This document shows positions 17,442 through 26,821 of a stretch of DNA of 64,000 nucleotides, in pieces. The notes under the pieces were generated by a model, which was given only the letters and a program-made list of their open reading frames with translations, had not been told where the DNA came from and made no database searches. Origin of the DNA: a virus; the IMG/VR virus record IMGVR_UViG_3300045044_000009, positions 7,446-71,445 of that record. One strand, 5' to 3'. Made by a program: the position numbers and the translations under genes. The first letter of the stretch is position 1; each line of letters begins with the position of its first letter.

Positions 17442-18994
17442 TCCTTGCCTCCTACGCTACGCAATGTCGGCTGCGGGGGCGTCCCGCCGCTCGGAGGCCG
17501 CATACCACCCGGCTGACCGCCGCCACCACCACCGAACGGTGACGGTTTGCCTTGGCCCTGTGCCCCAAGCATCCCAGGCATCCCCTGCTGCTGCGCCTCC
17601 GGGTCCCATGGTGCCGGGGCTTCCTCGCTGTCCTTGATGTCCTTGTCCGTGATGTTGGTGAACCGCCCGGTCATGATGGAATTCTGTTTGAGTTCTTTCA
17701 GGGCGATCGTCGTGGTGATGATCCCGGCGTCGTGCAGGAGTTTCAACGTATCGGCGTCGCGCTGGGCGATCTCGGCCTTGGCGTTCTCGTCCGGCTCATC
17801 GATCGATCGGAAGCCGAAGTTCCAGGTATCCGGCGGCTGCCTGCCGAGTTCGCTCTGCCACATGACCTTGAATATCCGGGTCAGCGGTCGGCGCACGCGT
17901 GCCTCCTGCGTCGCCTTGATCATGCTCTCGTAAATCCGCCAGTCGCTATCGCCCGTGGCATTCATCCCCGCAGGCGATTGTCCGAACAGGCGGGTGAGCG
18001 GAATGCCGAGTGCGCCAGCGATCTGCTGGCCGATCATCTGCAAGGTGTCGGGGACGCCTGCGAAGGAATACTGATGCGTCTCGAACTCGTCTTCCTTGTC
18101 GATGACCGTCAGGCCCTCATTGGTTTGCAGATACCGCATCAACTCCATGGTGCGATGGAAGCGCTGCTCCAATTCACCGCCGGCACCAATTAGCTTGCGG
18201 TAGCCATCTACCTTGTAGGTTCGGAGATAAGCCTTATAGAGAAGCTGGCTGGCGCCCATGGTGCCGCTGTCGAAGGCCAGCAATCGGTCGTAGAGCCGTT
18301 CGATGACGGACATGCCCCAGCCGTTTTCTGCGAGACGCTGACGGAATGGCAGGGCGATGCCGTCCATTCTGAGGATACGGCTGTAGTGGATGCGCTGCTT
18401 CGGCATGAACGGGGCCGACTGCACCACGTCATAAAAGACCGGAAGGCCATAGTCGGGTCCAAATTCCTGGATCAGGTGGCTATAGGTCGGCTGCACCATC
18501 CAACGATCCAAGACGATGAAGCCCTTCAAAGCTCCTTGTGGCACGCGTTCGGGAATGAGCGGCGTCGCCATGTCCTGGCCATCGATCGCCAACACCATCA
18601 GCGCGCCGCCATAAAGCCGGGACCATTTGATGGTCTCATTCAGACTTTGCCACAGATACAGGTTATTCATCGCCGTCTGTATCTGTTCAATCTGGTCGGG
18701 CGGCGTCTCCGAGTTCATCTGCACACCAGACCGCGTCATGTCGTCCGCCACCACATCGACCGCAGCGCCGACCACCCATGAGCCGCGATATGCCCATTCG
18801 AGCAACTGCTGAAGGCGGCTGATCGGGAAATAATTCTGCGTGGTCTCGGTCAGCAGATTGCCAGCGCCCAATCCGATGCGGGCGGCGAAATTCACCACAT
18901 TGTCCCCGACATAGATCAGCCGCTCGCCCTCGGGGTTCGCTGCGGTGCCAGCGCGCATAGTGATACGAGGCTTCGGTGGCACTTGGTCACTCAT
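17438..18994 (-). CDS. Portal protein (DUF1073 family)
   Basis: YRGSWVVGAAVDVVADDMTR...WSRLYGGA...GIPLTRLFGQSPAGMNATGDSD motifs. Confidence 0.9.
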   Translation of the reverse strand: MSDQVPPKPRITMRAGTAANPEGERLIYVGDNVVNFAARIGLGAGNLLTETTQNYFPISRLQQLLEWAYRGSWVVGAAVDVVADDMTRSGVQMNSETPPDQIEQIQTAMNNLYLWQSLNETIKWSRLYGGALMVLAIDGQDMATPLIPERVPQGALKGFIVLDRWMVQPTYSHLIQEFGPDYGLPVFYDVVQSAPFMPKQRIHYSRILRMDGIALPFRQRLAENGWGMSVIERLYDRLLAFDSGTMGASQLLYKAYLRTYKVDGYRKLIGAGGELEQRFHRTMELMRYLQTNEGLTVIDKEDEFETHQYSFAGVPDTLQMIGQQIAGALGIPLTRLFGQSPAGMNATGDSDWRIYESMIKATQEARVRRPLTRIFKVMWQSELGRQPPDTWNFGFRSIDEPDENAKAEIAQRDADTLKLLHDAGIITTTIALKELKQNSIMTGRFTNITDKDIKDSEEAPAPWDPEAQQQGMPGMLGAQGQGKPSPFGGGGGGQPGGMRPPSGGTPPQPTLRSVGGKE

Positions 18995-19319
18995 CCGCCG
19001 CCTCCTTCAGGGTTTCATCGTCCCAGATGCCGGGTCCAAGATCGGGCCAGCGCATCATGGCGTCACCGCACCGCTGGCAGAATGCCTGGAAGACCTGGAG
19101 CCTCCTGGCTTTCGGCACCGTCTGGGCAAACAGGCCGGTCACCAAGTGCCCCAGGATGGTCTCCACGCTCTCCGGGCTGAAACGCTCGCCCAGGCTCTCG
19201 GCCAGCGCCTTATAGACCGCACGCTGCGCATCCTGCCGCCATTGCTCGGTGCCACCGAGACGGTGCCTGCCGTCCCGGCGCATGACATAGGCCGGTGCAG
19301 CGAACCGAGGCGGCTTCAC
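18987..19319 (-). CDS. Hypothetical protein
   Basis: Overlap-coupled ORF between TerL and portal. Confidence 0.45.
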   Translation of the reverse strand: MKPPRFAAPAYVMRRDGRHRLGGTEQWRQDAQRAVYKALAESLGERFSPESVETILGHLVTGLFAQTVPKARRLQVFQAFCQRCGDAMMRWPDLGPGIWDDETLKEAADE

Positions 19320-19615
19320 TCCGATCGACCCATCGGCACTGCGGGAACCTTGCGGTCCTCCCAGGTAGCCAGCGGTGCCGAGAGAATGGCGAAATAGGCG
19401 GCGTCCTTGTCCTCGGCGTAATAGCCGTCCTCGATCGGCCCGGGTTTCTTCAGTCTCTCATAGCGCCAGCGCAGCTTGGGGAACGCCGCCTTCACCGCCT
19501 TCATCGACGGATAGACCTGCGGCAGGAACGCGCCGTCGCCTCCGTCGGTATAGCGCATGATCCGTATGATCCGCTCGGGCATCCGCCGATGCGCGGCATC
19601 GCTGATCCGCTTCAT
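19316..19615 (-). CDS. Hypothetical protein
   Basis: Probable start MKRISD at 19615 just after the TerL stop; 4-nt overlap with the next gene. Confidence 0.45.
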   Translation of the reverse strand: MKRISDAAHRRMPERIIRIMRYTDGGDGAFLPQVYPSMKAVKAAFPKLRWRYERLKKPGPIEDGYYAEDKDAAYFAILSAPLATWEDRKVPAVPMGRSE

Positions 19616-19652
19616 AGCACATCTGTATCCACGGGCGCCGTAGAACGCCGCC

Positions 19653-21068
19653 TCACAGCCGCAGCCATTCCGCCAGCCTTCCGTCCGCCACGAGATTGAA
19701 CGCACGTGCCGTCGCGTCGCAATCGTCGTCGTGCGGCAATTCCGGGAAGCCTTCGAGCATCTGGAACCACCGCTCGTTCCAATCGCCCCGCAGCACCAGC
19801 ACGTTGCCAGCCTCACACTGCGCTGAGAACGGGCTGAAGCGGGTGATCTTGTCGCCGGTCTCCGGGCTGAATTCCACGCTATAGCCGGCGAGCATACGCA
19901 CCATGGCACTGACCTGCGCCTTGCCTGCCTGACCGGGGTCCTGCGGGATGCCGACCTTGCACTGATAGCCGTCGTGCGACGCCATGTTCATCACCCGCCG
20001 CTCCACGTCGGCAGGAGTGCCACGGAAGGATGTGGCGTCCATGACAAGATACCGACCGTCGCCGAGCCGCCCCATCTTGACGCTGGTGGTGTAGTCTGGA
20101 TCGTTCTCGGCGGTCTCTGGCGTGGCAGCCAAGTCCCAGCCTCGCACCACGTCGAGAACCTTCGGCGCGATGTCCACCACCTGGACCCAGGCACGGTTGA
20201 AATACAGACCCGCCGAGGGACGGATCTTCCAATTGCCGTTGAGCAGTCGCTCCCGCTCGACCGCCGGCAGCATCATCAGGTTCCCCAGATATTGGGGATC
20301 GTTGCGCATCAGCGCCGGATTGTCTGATAGCTTGGCCGCGATAAACGTGGCGCTCTTGATCGTCTCCGCCGATCGACCGGTGGCTGCCATCGCCTGTCGC
20401 TTGGTGTCGAACCAGATCAACTGATCATCCGGCCCGCGCACGAAATACCGCTTGGTGCCGCTGCGCTCGGGGATCGGATAGCCGGTGACCGGGTCCCACC
20501 ACCACTGGATGAATTCCGCCACCCAACTGCCTGCGTCGGCGTTGCACGAGGCTCTGATGTATGGCCGGACGCCGGTCATGCCACGGTTTCTCGATAGCAG
20601 GTAGAAGAACTGATACCGGGTGAACGTGGTCAATTCATCGAAGCAGATGCATGGCACCTGCGAGCCGTGCCAGTCCAGCACGGTGTGCTCGTATTCCAGG
20701 TGCGACAGCTTCACCGCTCCGCCATGCGGCCATTTCCAGGACAGCGTGTGCGAGATCGGATAGGCACCTGCGTAGGGGAACAGCTTCATGCTCTCGGACC
20801 ACAGGCCACCGGGGCGGCGTATGTCGGTGGTGTTGCGGCGGAACATGACGCTATCGAAGCCGGGATACCGCTTGTCGCCTGGATAGCGCATGGCTTCCAG
20901 CATGAGTGCCCAGGACTTGCCTGAGCCGGCTGCGCCGCCGAACAGGGCGATGTCTGCGTTGCTGCTCAGGAACCGGCGCTGCGGTCCTGGCTGCGGGATG
21001 ATGCGCCGTTCGCCCTCAGGATCAGGACCGAAGTCGCGATCCATGTCCCAGGTGAAGCTGTCAGGCAT
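19653..21068 (-). CDS. terL: Terminase large subunit
   Basis: Walker A GGAAGSGKS, Walker B ICFDELT, nuclease-domain WDLA and HDDDCDA. Confidence 0.95.
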   Translation of the reverse strand: MPDSFTWDMDRDFGPDPEGERRIIPQPGPQRRFLSSNADIALFGGAAGSGKSWALMLEAMRYPGDKRYPGFDSVMFRRNTTDIRRPGGLWSESMKLFPYAGAYPISHTLSWKWPHGGAVKLSHLEYEHTVLDWHGSQVPCICFDELTTFTRYQFFYLLSRNRGMTGVRPYIRASCNADAGSWVAEFIQWWWDPVTGYPIPERSGTKRYFVRGPDDQLIWFDTKRQAMAATGRSAETIKSATFIAAKLSDNPALMRNDPQYLGNLMMLPAVERERLLNGNWKIRPSAGLYFNRAWVQVVDIAPKVLDVVRGWDLAATPETAENDPDYTTSVKMGRLGDGRYLVMDATSFRGTPADVERRVMNMASHDGYQCKVGIPQDPGQAGKAQVSAMVRMLAGYSVEFSPETGDKITRFSPFSAQCEAGNVLVLRGDWNERWFQMLEGFPELPHDDDCDATARAFNLVADGRLAEWLRL

Positions 21069-21451
21069 CGCCGCGCCGCTTTGCGCCGTCCGCCGTCCAC
21101 GACAGCGTGTGACTGATGCTCGGCCTGGGTGGATCGCCGGTCAAATCCGCCGTGGCGACCTCGCCTCGCATGCCCATGTGCGCCTTGATACTCTTGGGTC
21201 CGATGCCGCCGAGATTGATGCGGCGACCTGTGCGCTTGCCCTTGTGGCTGCCGCCCTTGCCTGCCTTCATACGCCCCATCCGTGATATTTGGGCGGGGCG
21301 AACCAGCCGGGAGCCAGATGCACCGCCCATTCCGGGACGCCGACACCGCCTTGCTGGCGGATGAAGGTGTTGGTCCAGCGGTCGGTATCGCTCAGCTTCT
21401 TGGTCGGATCGTCGCAGACCAGCTTGCCCCTGCGATGGTTGCCGTCCGTCG

Positions 21452-21772
21452 TCAGATGCCGAGTAAGCGGTTGACGGTCATCCATATCGGCTCCCCAGGC
21501 CGTTGTGCGCATTTCACCAGTTCAGCAGCGGCGGGCGAGACGTTCAAGGTGGCCCTCGGTGGGTCGCCTCGCTTCGTCCTGACGTTGGCCAATGCCAGTG
21601 CCACGGCGTCCTCCGGCAGCCCCATCTCCTCGGCGACCTCCCATATCTCCAGGCCGGTCTGTCGCCACTGCTTTGCCCGTCTGCGCTGCTCCGGTGTGAG
21701 GATCAGATCGGCACGGATTGCCAGTGTGGCTTTGGCGGTATCGCCGGCATGTGCGCCGACATCGCGTCTCAT
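21452..21772 (-). CDS. Small HTH-containing protein
   Basis: GLEIWEVAEEMGLPEDAV helix-turn-helix pattern; coupled to TerS. Confidence 0.5.
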   Translation of the reverse strand: MRRDVGAHAGDTAKATLAIRADLILTPEQRRRAKQWRQTGLEIWEVAEEMGLPEDAVALALANVRTKRGDPPRATLNVSPAAAELVKCAQRPGEPIWMTVNRLLGI

Positions 21773-22170
21773 GCTGCCTCCTCTGCGGTGCCCTCGATCA
21801 TCGGTGCGTCATCATCGTCCGGTTGATCCCGGCCATTCGACGGCATGTAGAACCTGACCGTTTCGCCTTGCTGGGTCACGGTGCCGGGCGGTGGGTCGTC
21901 GTCATCCTTCACCCGCCATTCCTTGTAGTGGACCGACATCCAGTATTTGGCTGCGTTCAGATCGCCGCCCAGACCTTTCTTGACGATCGCCGCCGCCATA
22001 CGCGCCTTGATGTGCTCACGGGCGTTCTCGAAGTCCTTGCGGTAATACCGTCGCAGCGTGGCTGGTGAGATGCCGAGGATTTCGGCGATGACCTCGTGGG
22101 AGATGGCATTCGCCGAGAGGACCTTGACCAATTGTCGGCTGTCCTCGGTGGCCAAGTGTCGCGCTACCAT
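21769..22170 (-). CDS. terS: Terminase small subunit
   Basis: HEVIAEILGISPATLRRYY HTH followed by GDLNAAKYWM; upstream of TerL. Confidence 0.75.
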   Translation of the reverse strand: MVARHLATEDSRQLVKVLSANAISHEVIAEILGISPATLRRYYRKDFENAREHIKARMAAAIVKKGLGGDLNAAKYWMSVHYKEWRVKDDDDPPPGTVTQQGETVRFYMPSNGRDQPDDDDAPMIEGTAEEAA

Positions 22171-22211
22171 CCCCTTATAGTCCTTACCATCATAGGTTGC
22201 CGAGCCGTGCC

Positions 22212-22553
22212 ATGAGTTCCCGTATCAAGCGACCGCCGCTGTTCATGCCGCTGCGCAGCCGTTGGTTCGATGCGTTCGCCTGGGGCGTGCGGACGGAAGA
22301 ATGGCGCAGGCTCGGTCCTCGGCACAACCTGGAGACCTGCGTGCCGGGACGGGGCGTCATCCTGTCGCGTGGCTATGGCGGCCCAAGGCTGCGCGCCAGG
22401 ATCGCCTCGGTGCGTGTGGCACAGTCGGACGACAACGAAGGCGCCCGTGCCGTCTACGGTCCTGCGGTGGCGTGCGTGGTGCTGGCCCTCTCCGACATCC
22501 GACCGATCAAGCGCCGAGCGACCTCGCGGTCTTCCATCGCCGGGCCGCAATAG
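22212..22553 (+). CDS. ASCH/PUA-like domain protein
   Basis: LFMPLRSRWFDAFAWGVRTEEWRR...VILSRGYG matches the ASCH LxLxxxWFDxIxxGxKTxExR signature; convergent with and overlapping the ATPase-GNAT gene. Confidence 0.6.
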   Translation: MSSRIKRPPLFMPLRSRWFDAFAWGVRTEEWRRLGPRHNLETCVPGRGVILSRGYGGPRLRARIASVRVAQSDDNEGARAVYGPAVACVVLALSDIRPIKRRATSRSSIAGPQ

Positions 22554-23617
22554 GCAAAGTTGGCGTTGGGCCGTCCACCAAAGCCTCGGCGGGGAACACG
22601 GGGGTTGATGGACGGCTTGAGGTTCGGCGTCGAGATACCTGGTTTCTTGTGCAGCCGCCAGTTGGGACTGCGGTCGAAGGCTCGGGTGAACGACGGATGC
22701 GCCGTCGGCATGTGATAGCGGTAGCCGATCGCCTTGAACGCCGAGGCGATGGTGTCGTTGAGCACGAAGGCCAGACCGAGGCCCTGGAAGTCTGGCAGGG
22801 TCACGAGGCGCGACACGCCGAAGATGTCGTCGGCTTTCACCGCAGGCCGCCACATCACGCCGAGGAAGGCAGCCGGCTCTCCGTTGACGCTGAGCACGAA
22901 GCACCGGGCATTCACATGCAGGTTGGCGGTCAGATAGTGAAAGCGAGAGAAGGGTATCCAGGCAGAATGGGCAACGCGCTGGATCGTGCAATGGAGCGCT
23001 GGTCGCCGTAAAACCGACCTCCATCGGAAGGTCATGGTCGCCGGCTCAAGGATCCAGTCCGGCTGAAGCCATTCTTCCAGGTCGAAGTGACAGGTGGCTG
23101 CGACGAAGCGGTGGCTCGGGTCCTGCCGGATGTATTTCGCCACCGCGTGTGCGCCGATCTGTGCCACCTGACGGTCCACGACGGAGGTGAATTCGTCGCA
23201 CAGGACCAGATCGCCGCCTTCCAGCAGCCGCCGAGCGAGGTCTACACGGAACCGCTCCCCGTTGCTGAGCACGCCATACGGACGCAGCCATGCCGGTATG
23301 GTGTTGAAGCCGACAGCTTGGCAGATACGTGCCAGCGCTTCAATCGTGATCGAGGGGTCGAAGTCATCGATCACCGACGGCGCTTGCCATGCGAAGTCCA
23401 GAGGCTCGCCGAAGGTCTGGCGCAGGATGGTGCTCTTGCCTGATCCAGACGGTCCGACGATCAGACCGATCTGCCAGGGTTTCAGATCGATCGGCAGTTC
23501 GCCGTGCCATTCCAGGTGTGCGCGGTCGGCAGCCGGCACATCGAACATCGATGACACCTGCTGGGCGCGGATGGACGTGGAGATCGGGGTGTCCACGGCG
23601 ATGTCGATACGTGGCAT
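22454..23617 (-). CDS. ABC-class ATPase fused to GNAT acetyltransferase
   Basis: GPSGSGKST, LSNGE, DEFTS ABC motifs; C-terminal VSRLVTLPDFQGLGLA acetyl-CoA-binding motif; no transmembrane partner nearby. Confidence 0.85.
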   Translation of the reverse strand: MPRIDIAVDTPISTSIRAQQVSSMFDVPAADRAHLEWHGELPIDLKPWQIGLIVGPSGSGKSTILRQTFGEPLDFAWQAPSVIDDFDPSITIEALARICQAVGFNTIPAWLRPYGVLSNGERFRVDLARRLLEGGDLVLCDEFTSVVDRQVAQIGAHAVAKYIRQDPSHRFVAATCHFDLEEWLQPDWILEPATMTFRWRSVLRRPALHCTIQRVAHSAWIPFSRFHYLTANLHVNARCFVLSVNGEPAAFLGVMWRPAVKADDIFGVSRLVTLPDFQGLGLAFVLNDTIASAFKAIGYRYHMPTAHPSFTRAFDRSPNWRLHKKPGISTPNLKPSINPRVPRRGFGGRPNANFAYCGPAMEDREVARRLIGRMSERASTTHATAGP

Positions 23618-23619
23618 GG

Positions 23620-24000
23620 CTATGGCTCGTAGGTGATGCTGCCGTCAGGCCAGACGATGGTGAGGAGGCGTCCTGCCGCCCTGGCGTAGCGTATCGTCGC
23701 CCAGGTGCCGCTGCGTAGCTCCTCGACCATGCGCGCCGGGGTGGCCACCAGTTCCTCGACCGCCAGGGCGATGTCACGGTCACGCCGCAGATAGTCCGCC
23801 GACTTGATCCCTTTCGCCTTGTGCTCGATCAGCCTGTCCGCCGGGATGCCGAGGGAGAGCGCGATGCCGACCGCCTCCCGATCCGACCCTCTGGCGCCCC
23901 CGTGGTGGACGTAGGAGGCCCTGCGCAGGATGCCCCGCACCGCATCGGCCTGCGCCGCCGTCATGCCCTCACGGGTGCCCGTAAAGCCGAGCACGGTCAT
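23620..24000 (-). CDS. SLOG-superfamily protein (DprA/YspA-like)
   Basis: GFTGTR, HHGGARGSD and SGTWATIRYA motifs. Confidence 0.7.
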   Translation of the reverse strand: MTVLGFTGTREGMTAAQADAVRGILRRASYVHHGGARGSDREAVGIALSLGIPADRLIEHKAKGIKSADYLRRDRDIALAVEELVATPARMVEELRSGTWATIRYARAAGRLLTIVWPDGSITYEP

Positions 24001-24590
24001 AGGATCAGCGGCCTCGCCGCCAAGCCTCTGGCCTGGAGGTCTGCGATCAGATCGGCTTGTTGCCGTTCACCGTCTGGACACTCTATGACCACCTGATAGC
24101 GCAACGTGCCGTCCAACATCGGTGATGCCGCTGTAGACCGTCCGAGCAGCACATCCAACTGATCCTTCGGGAAGCCGGTCAGCGACACGTCGAAATTGTC
24201 CATGGACAGCGCCTTCATTTCGTCCATGAGCAACGCACGATCCCAACCACCGTCCATCGCCAGACGATTGTCTGCGATCACGTAGGCGCGGCGCTCGGTC
24301 GCGGTCAGGTGCGACAGGTCGATGGTCGGTCCCTGCCAGGGGTCGGTCGCCCCTTTGATCGCCTCACCTTCGTGGGCCATGAGCAGCGCTGCCGACAGGC
24401 GCGCATGCCCGGCAATCATCGTGTCATCCGCGATGAGCATGGGGTTAGTCCAGCCGAAGCGCGCCAGGGACGCTCTGATCTTCCGTATCTGGTCGGCAGG
24501 GTGCGTGCGGGCGTTGCGCGCATACGGCAGCAGTTCACGCAGGTCGCGATAGACGACCGCCAAAGGCCGCGTGGATACCTCTGTGATCAT
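23997..24590 (-). CDS. ParB/Srx-like N-terminal domain protein
   Basis: LLPYARNARTH...FGWTNPMLI...IAGHARL...YVIADNRL; no methyltransferase domain attached. Confidence 0.85.
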   Translation of the reverse strand: MITEVSTRPLAVVYRDLRELLPYARNARTHPADQIRKIRASLARFGWTNPMLIADDTMIAGHARLSAALLMAHEGEAIKGATDPWQGPTIDLSHLTATERRAYVIADNRLAMDGGWDRALLMDEMKALSMDNFDVSLTGFPKDQLDVLLGRSTAASPMLDGTLRYQVVIECPDGERQQADLIADLQARGLAARPLIL

Positions 24591-24599
24591 TCCCGTATC

Positions 24600-25500
24600 C
24601 CCGTCCGCGAGTTTCCCCTGTGGCAGCGACGCTAGAGCGGATCAGCGCTGAATTCCAGCCTGTGAAATAAAATTGCGCGTTTCCGCTCGTTTTTCGTTTG
24701 GAGAGCACAGCGAGCGTCTGGAAGTCATTGATTTTGCAGGCGAATAATAGCGATTGAACCACCACCCCAGGGTGCTAGCATGTCAATGAATTCAGCTAAG
24801 ACGTTGAATTGACTAGCTCTTTGACAAGTGAATACGGGTTGCATGTCCTCTCACCCATGCGGGTGACGCGGACGGGAACCGCTTCGGGAAGCCGGGAGGC
24901 CAAGCGCGCGAGCGCAGGTTGAGCCAACCGCCCGGCAACATAGCGAGCGGCCACGTCAGAGAATTGCCGCGATGGACTGCCGACGACCACTGCCGACTAA
25001 CGCGAGGGCAGCGGTCACGCAACCCGGTGACTTGTCAGGGTTCTCGCCCTGATATTTGACAAGTGTATATGCAATGTCTGCCACGATCCTTCGGAGCGCC
25101 GTGAGGCCGCCCCGCATTGACGATCGCCGCAACACCCGTGCCGATGGGGCCGCGCGCACCGCTGCGCATCTAGCGTCCGCGCCTAAGACGAAAGCCGCAC
25201 CCCTGAAAGCCAGTCGTTGCCGTCTGTAGAAGACCGATCCGCCGTGTCGCATGAGAGGCAGCGTTGCATCCCTCACTTGTCAGAGCCGCTTTGTCATTGT
25301 GCATCGCCTGATCAGACCGCTGCCGCAGATACATGCGGGACACGGTCCGATCCCTTTGGTGTGTCCTTTAACCTCTGTTCAAAAACAAACGTATCCACGG
25401 AGCCAAGCGCGTGAGCGCAGGTCGATCCAACTCCGTGGGTGCGTGGGTAATCAGCTTGATACCAGTTGCCAAGCCTGGCGCCGCGTTGTGCGGATCGAGA
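24600..25500. promoter_or_regulatory. Divergent control region between late (minus) and early (plus) operons
   Basis: About 900 bp without a convincing CDS, locally AT-richer; TTGACA at 24821 and 25056; four TGACAAGT copies; 21-bp direct repeat at 24899 and 25402. Confidence 0.55.
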
Positions 25501-25526
25501 GGCCCCATTGAACAAAGGACTAAGCC

Positions 25527-25727
25527 ATGTCTGCCCAGACCATCACCGAGCGTTTCGCCAATCGTGCCGTCACTCTCGCCCGCCGCAAGGTTGGCGTGAC
25601 ACGGGTTGAACTGAAGAAGTTCAACAAGAGCGTCGGCTGGTTCACTTACCTGCAACGCGCGGCATTCGAGACCGAGACGGTCGAGAGCCGCAACATTGAC
25701 GGCGTGACCACCTACTTCGTCCGCTAA
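25527..25727 (+). CDS. Small winged-helix-like early protein, paralogue 1
   Basis: LARRKVGVTRVEL...GWFTYLQR...TYFVR; strong AAAGGA leader. Confidence 0.75.
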   Translation: MSAQTITERFANRAVTLARRKVGVTRVELKKFNKSVGWFTYLQRAAFETETVESRNIDGVTTYFVR

Positions 25728-25740
25728 GCGATCAGCGATT

Positions 25741-25777
25741 TCCCCGGCGCGCCGAGCGTCGGGGATTTCGTGTGCTC
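25741..25777 (+). repeat. GCCGA-loop hairpin + GGGGATTTCGTGTGCTC element, copy 1
   Basis: tccccggcgc-gccga-gcgtcgggga then tttcgtgtgctc. Confidence 0.8.
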
Positions 25778-25809
25778 ACTTTCGAGCGTTGAACAAAGGA
25801 CCAAAGACC

Positions 25810-26010
25810 ATGACTACCCAGAACATCTCCGCGACCTTCTCAGCCCGTGCCGTTCGCATGGCGCGTCGTATCAACGGCGTGCGTCGCAGCGAACTCGCGA
25901 AGCTGGCGAAGAACATCGGATGGTTCACTTACTTGCAGCGCGCGGCGCTGACGACCGAAACCGTGACCAGCGTGCCGCTCGGTCGCGATGTCGTCTATTT
26001 CGTGCGCTGA
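25810..26010 (+). CDS. Small winged-helix-like early protein, paralogue 2
   Basis: Same length as paralogue 1 and shares RAV..ARR..GV.R.EL and GWFTYLQRAA..TETV.S......YFVR. Confidence 0.75.
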   Translation: MTTQNISATFSARAVRMARRINGVRRSELAKLAKNIGWFTYLQRAALTTETVTSVPLGRDVVYFVR

Positions 26011-26022
26011 AGGAGACGGCCA

Positions 26023-26226
26023 GTGAACCTGAACATGCACAACGGCTACGTGATCCCGGTCACGACGGCTTACAGCCGGTTCGAGCAGCGCGACAAGCTG
26101 TCCCGTATCTGGCTGCTAGAAGCCATCGAAAGCCTGGAAGACGCCGCCGATCGCGATGAATACTCCCACATCGCCGATGATTGCCGCGCGATGGCGACTG
26201 TCCTGCGCGTCCAGATCGGCGCGTAA
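26023..26226 (+). CDS. Hypothetical early protein
   Basis: AGGAG RBS; 67-aa ORF. Confidence 0.55.
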   Translation: MNLNMHNGYVIPVTTAYSRFEQRDKLSRIWLLEAIESLEDAADRDEYSHIADDCRAMATVLRVQIGA

Positions 26227-26237
26227 CACGAAACCCA

Positions 26238-26273
26238 CCCCGCTACGCCGAGTAGCGGGGATTTCGTGTGCTC
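26238..26273 (+). repeat. GCCGA-loop hairpin element, copy 2
   Basis: Perfect 9-bp stem ccccgctac/gtagcgggg, loop gccga, then atttcgtgtgctc. Confidence 0.8.
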
Positions 26274-26335
26274 GCACACCTGCGAGCTATTGAACAAAAG
26301 GACAAGAGTATGACTACCAAGAACCGGGCGTCGCC

Positions 26336-26812
26336 ATGAGTGACGCCCTGACGCAACTCTCTCGCGTCCTCGGTATGCTTGGCTCGCAGCACGACGGCGA
26401 AGTCCTGAATGCTGCCAGACATGCTGAGAGGCTGCGCGTGAGGTTGAACAAGTCCTGGCCCGACCTGCTGAAAGGCGGCGGCGGTTCCGATGCCGACTAC
26501 ATGATGCGAGCGCTGCGGGCCGAACGGCTAGTGGCGCAATTGACGCAACGTGTAGAAGCATTGGAGCGCGAACTGCGCGGTCGTGCCGGGTCGATCACCG
26601 ACAGTCCCGATAATGGTGGGCTGTCGGCTGAGAAGGAGCGCGACTTGGTCGCTGCGCTGTCCCGATACTCGCATGACAGCGCGTGGGTCCGCGCCTTCAC
26701 TGGCTGGCCGAAAGGTGTCGTCGTCCTTTACACGCTGCAACGCATCGCCGCCAAACACGGCATGCGCGTGCAACAGTATGGACGCGGCAGCTATAAGTTC
26801 GTCCCTATCTGA
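26336..26812 (+). CDS. Protein with DUF2786-like N-terminus and winged-helix-like C-terminus
   Basis: RVLGMLGSQHDGEVLNAAR N-terminus (shared with 43625-44155); C-terminal FTGW...LQRIAAKHGMRV...SYKF. Confidence 0.6.
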   Translation: MSDALTQLSRVLGMLGSQHDGEVLNAARHAERLRVRLNKSWPDLLKGGGGSDADYMMRALRAERLVAQLTQRVEALERELRGRAGSITDSPDNGGLSAEKERDLVAALSRYSHDSAWVRAFTGWPKGVVVLYTLQRIAAKHGMRVQQYGRGSYKFVPI

Positions 26813-26821
26813 GAACGGAAA

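Noticed and set aside
22454-23617. ABC transporter
   Set aside because: No permease gene nearby, and the ATPase is fused to a GNAT domain.
24600-25500. tRNA, tmRNA or attP site in the large non-coding gaps (also 38800-39080)
   Set aside because: No cloverleaf with T-loop GTTCRA and D-loop consensus was found by eye, and no integrase; a tRNAscan/Aragorn run would settle it.
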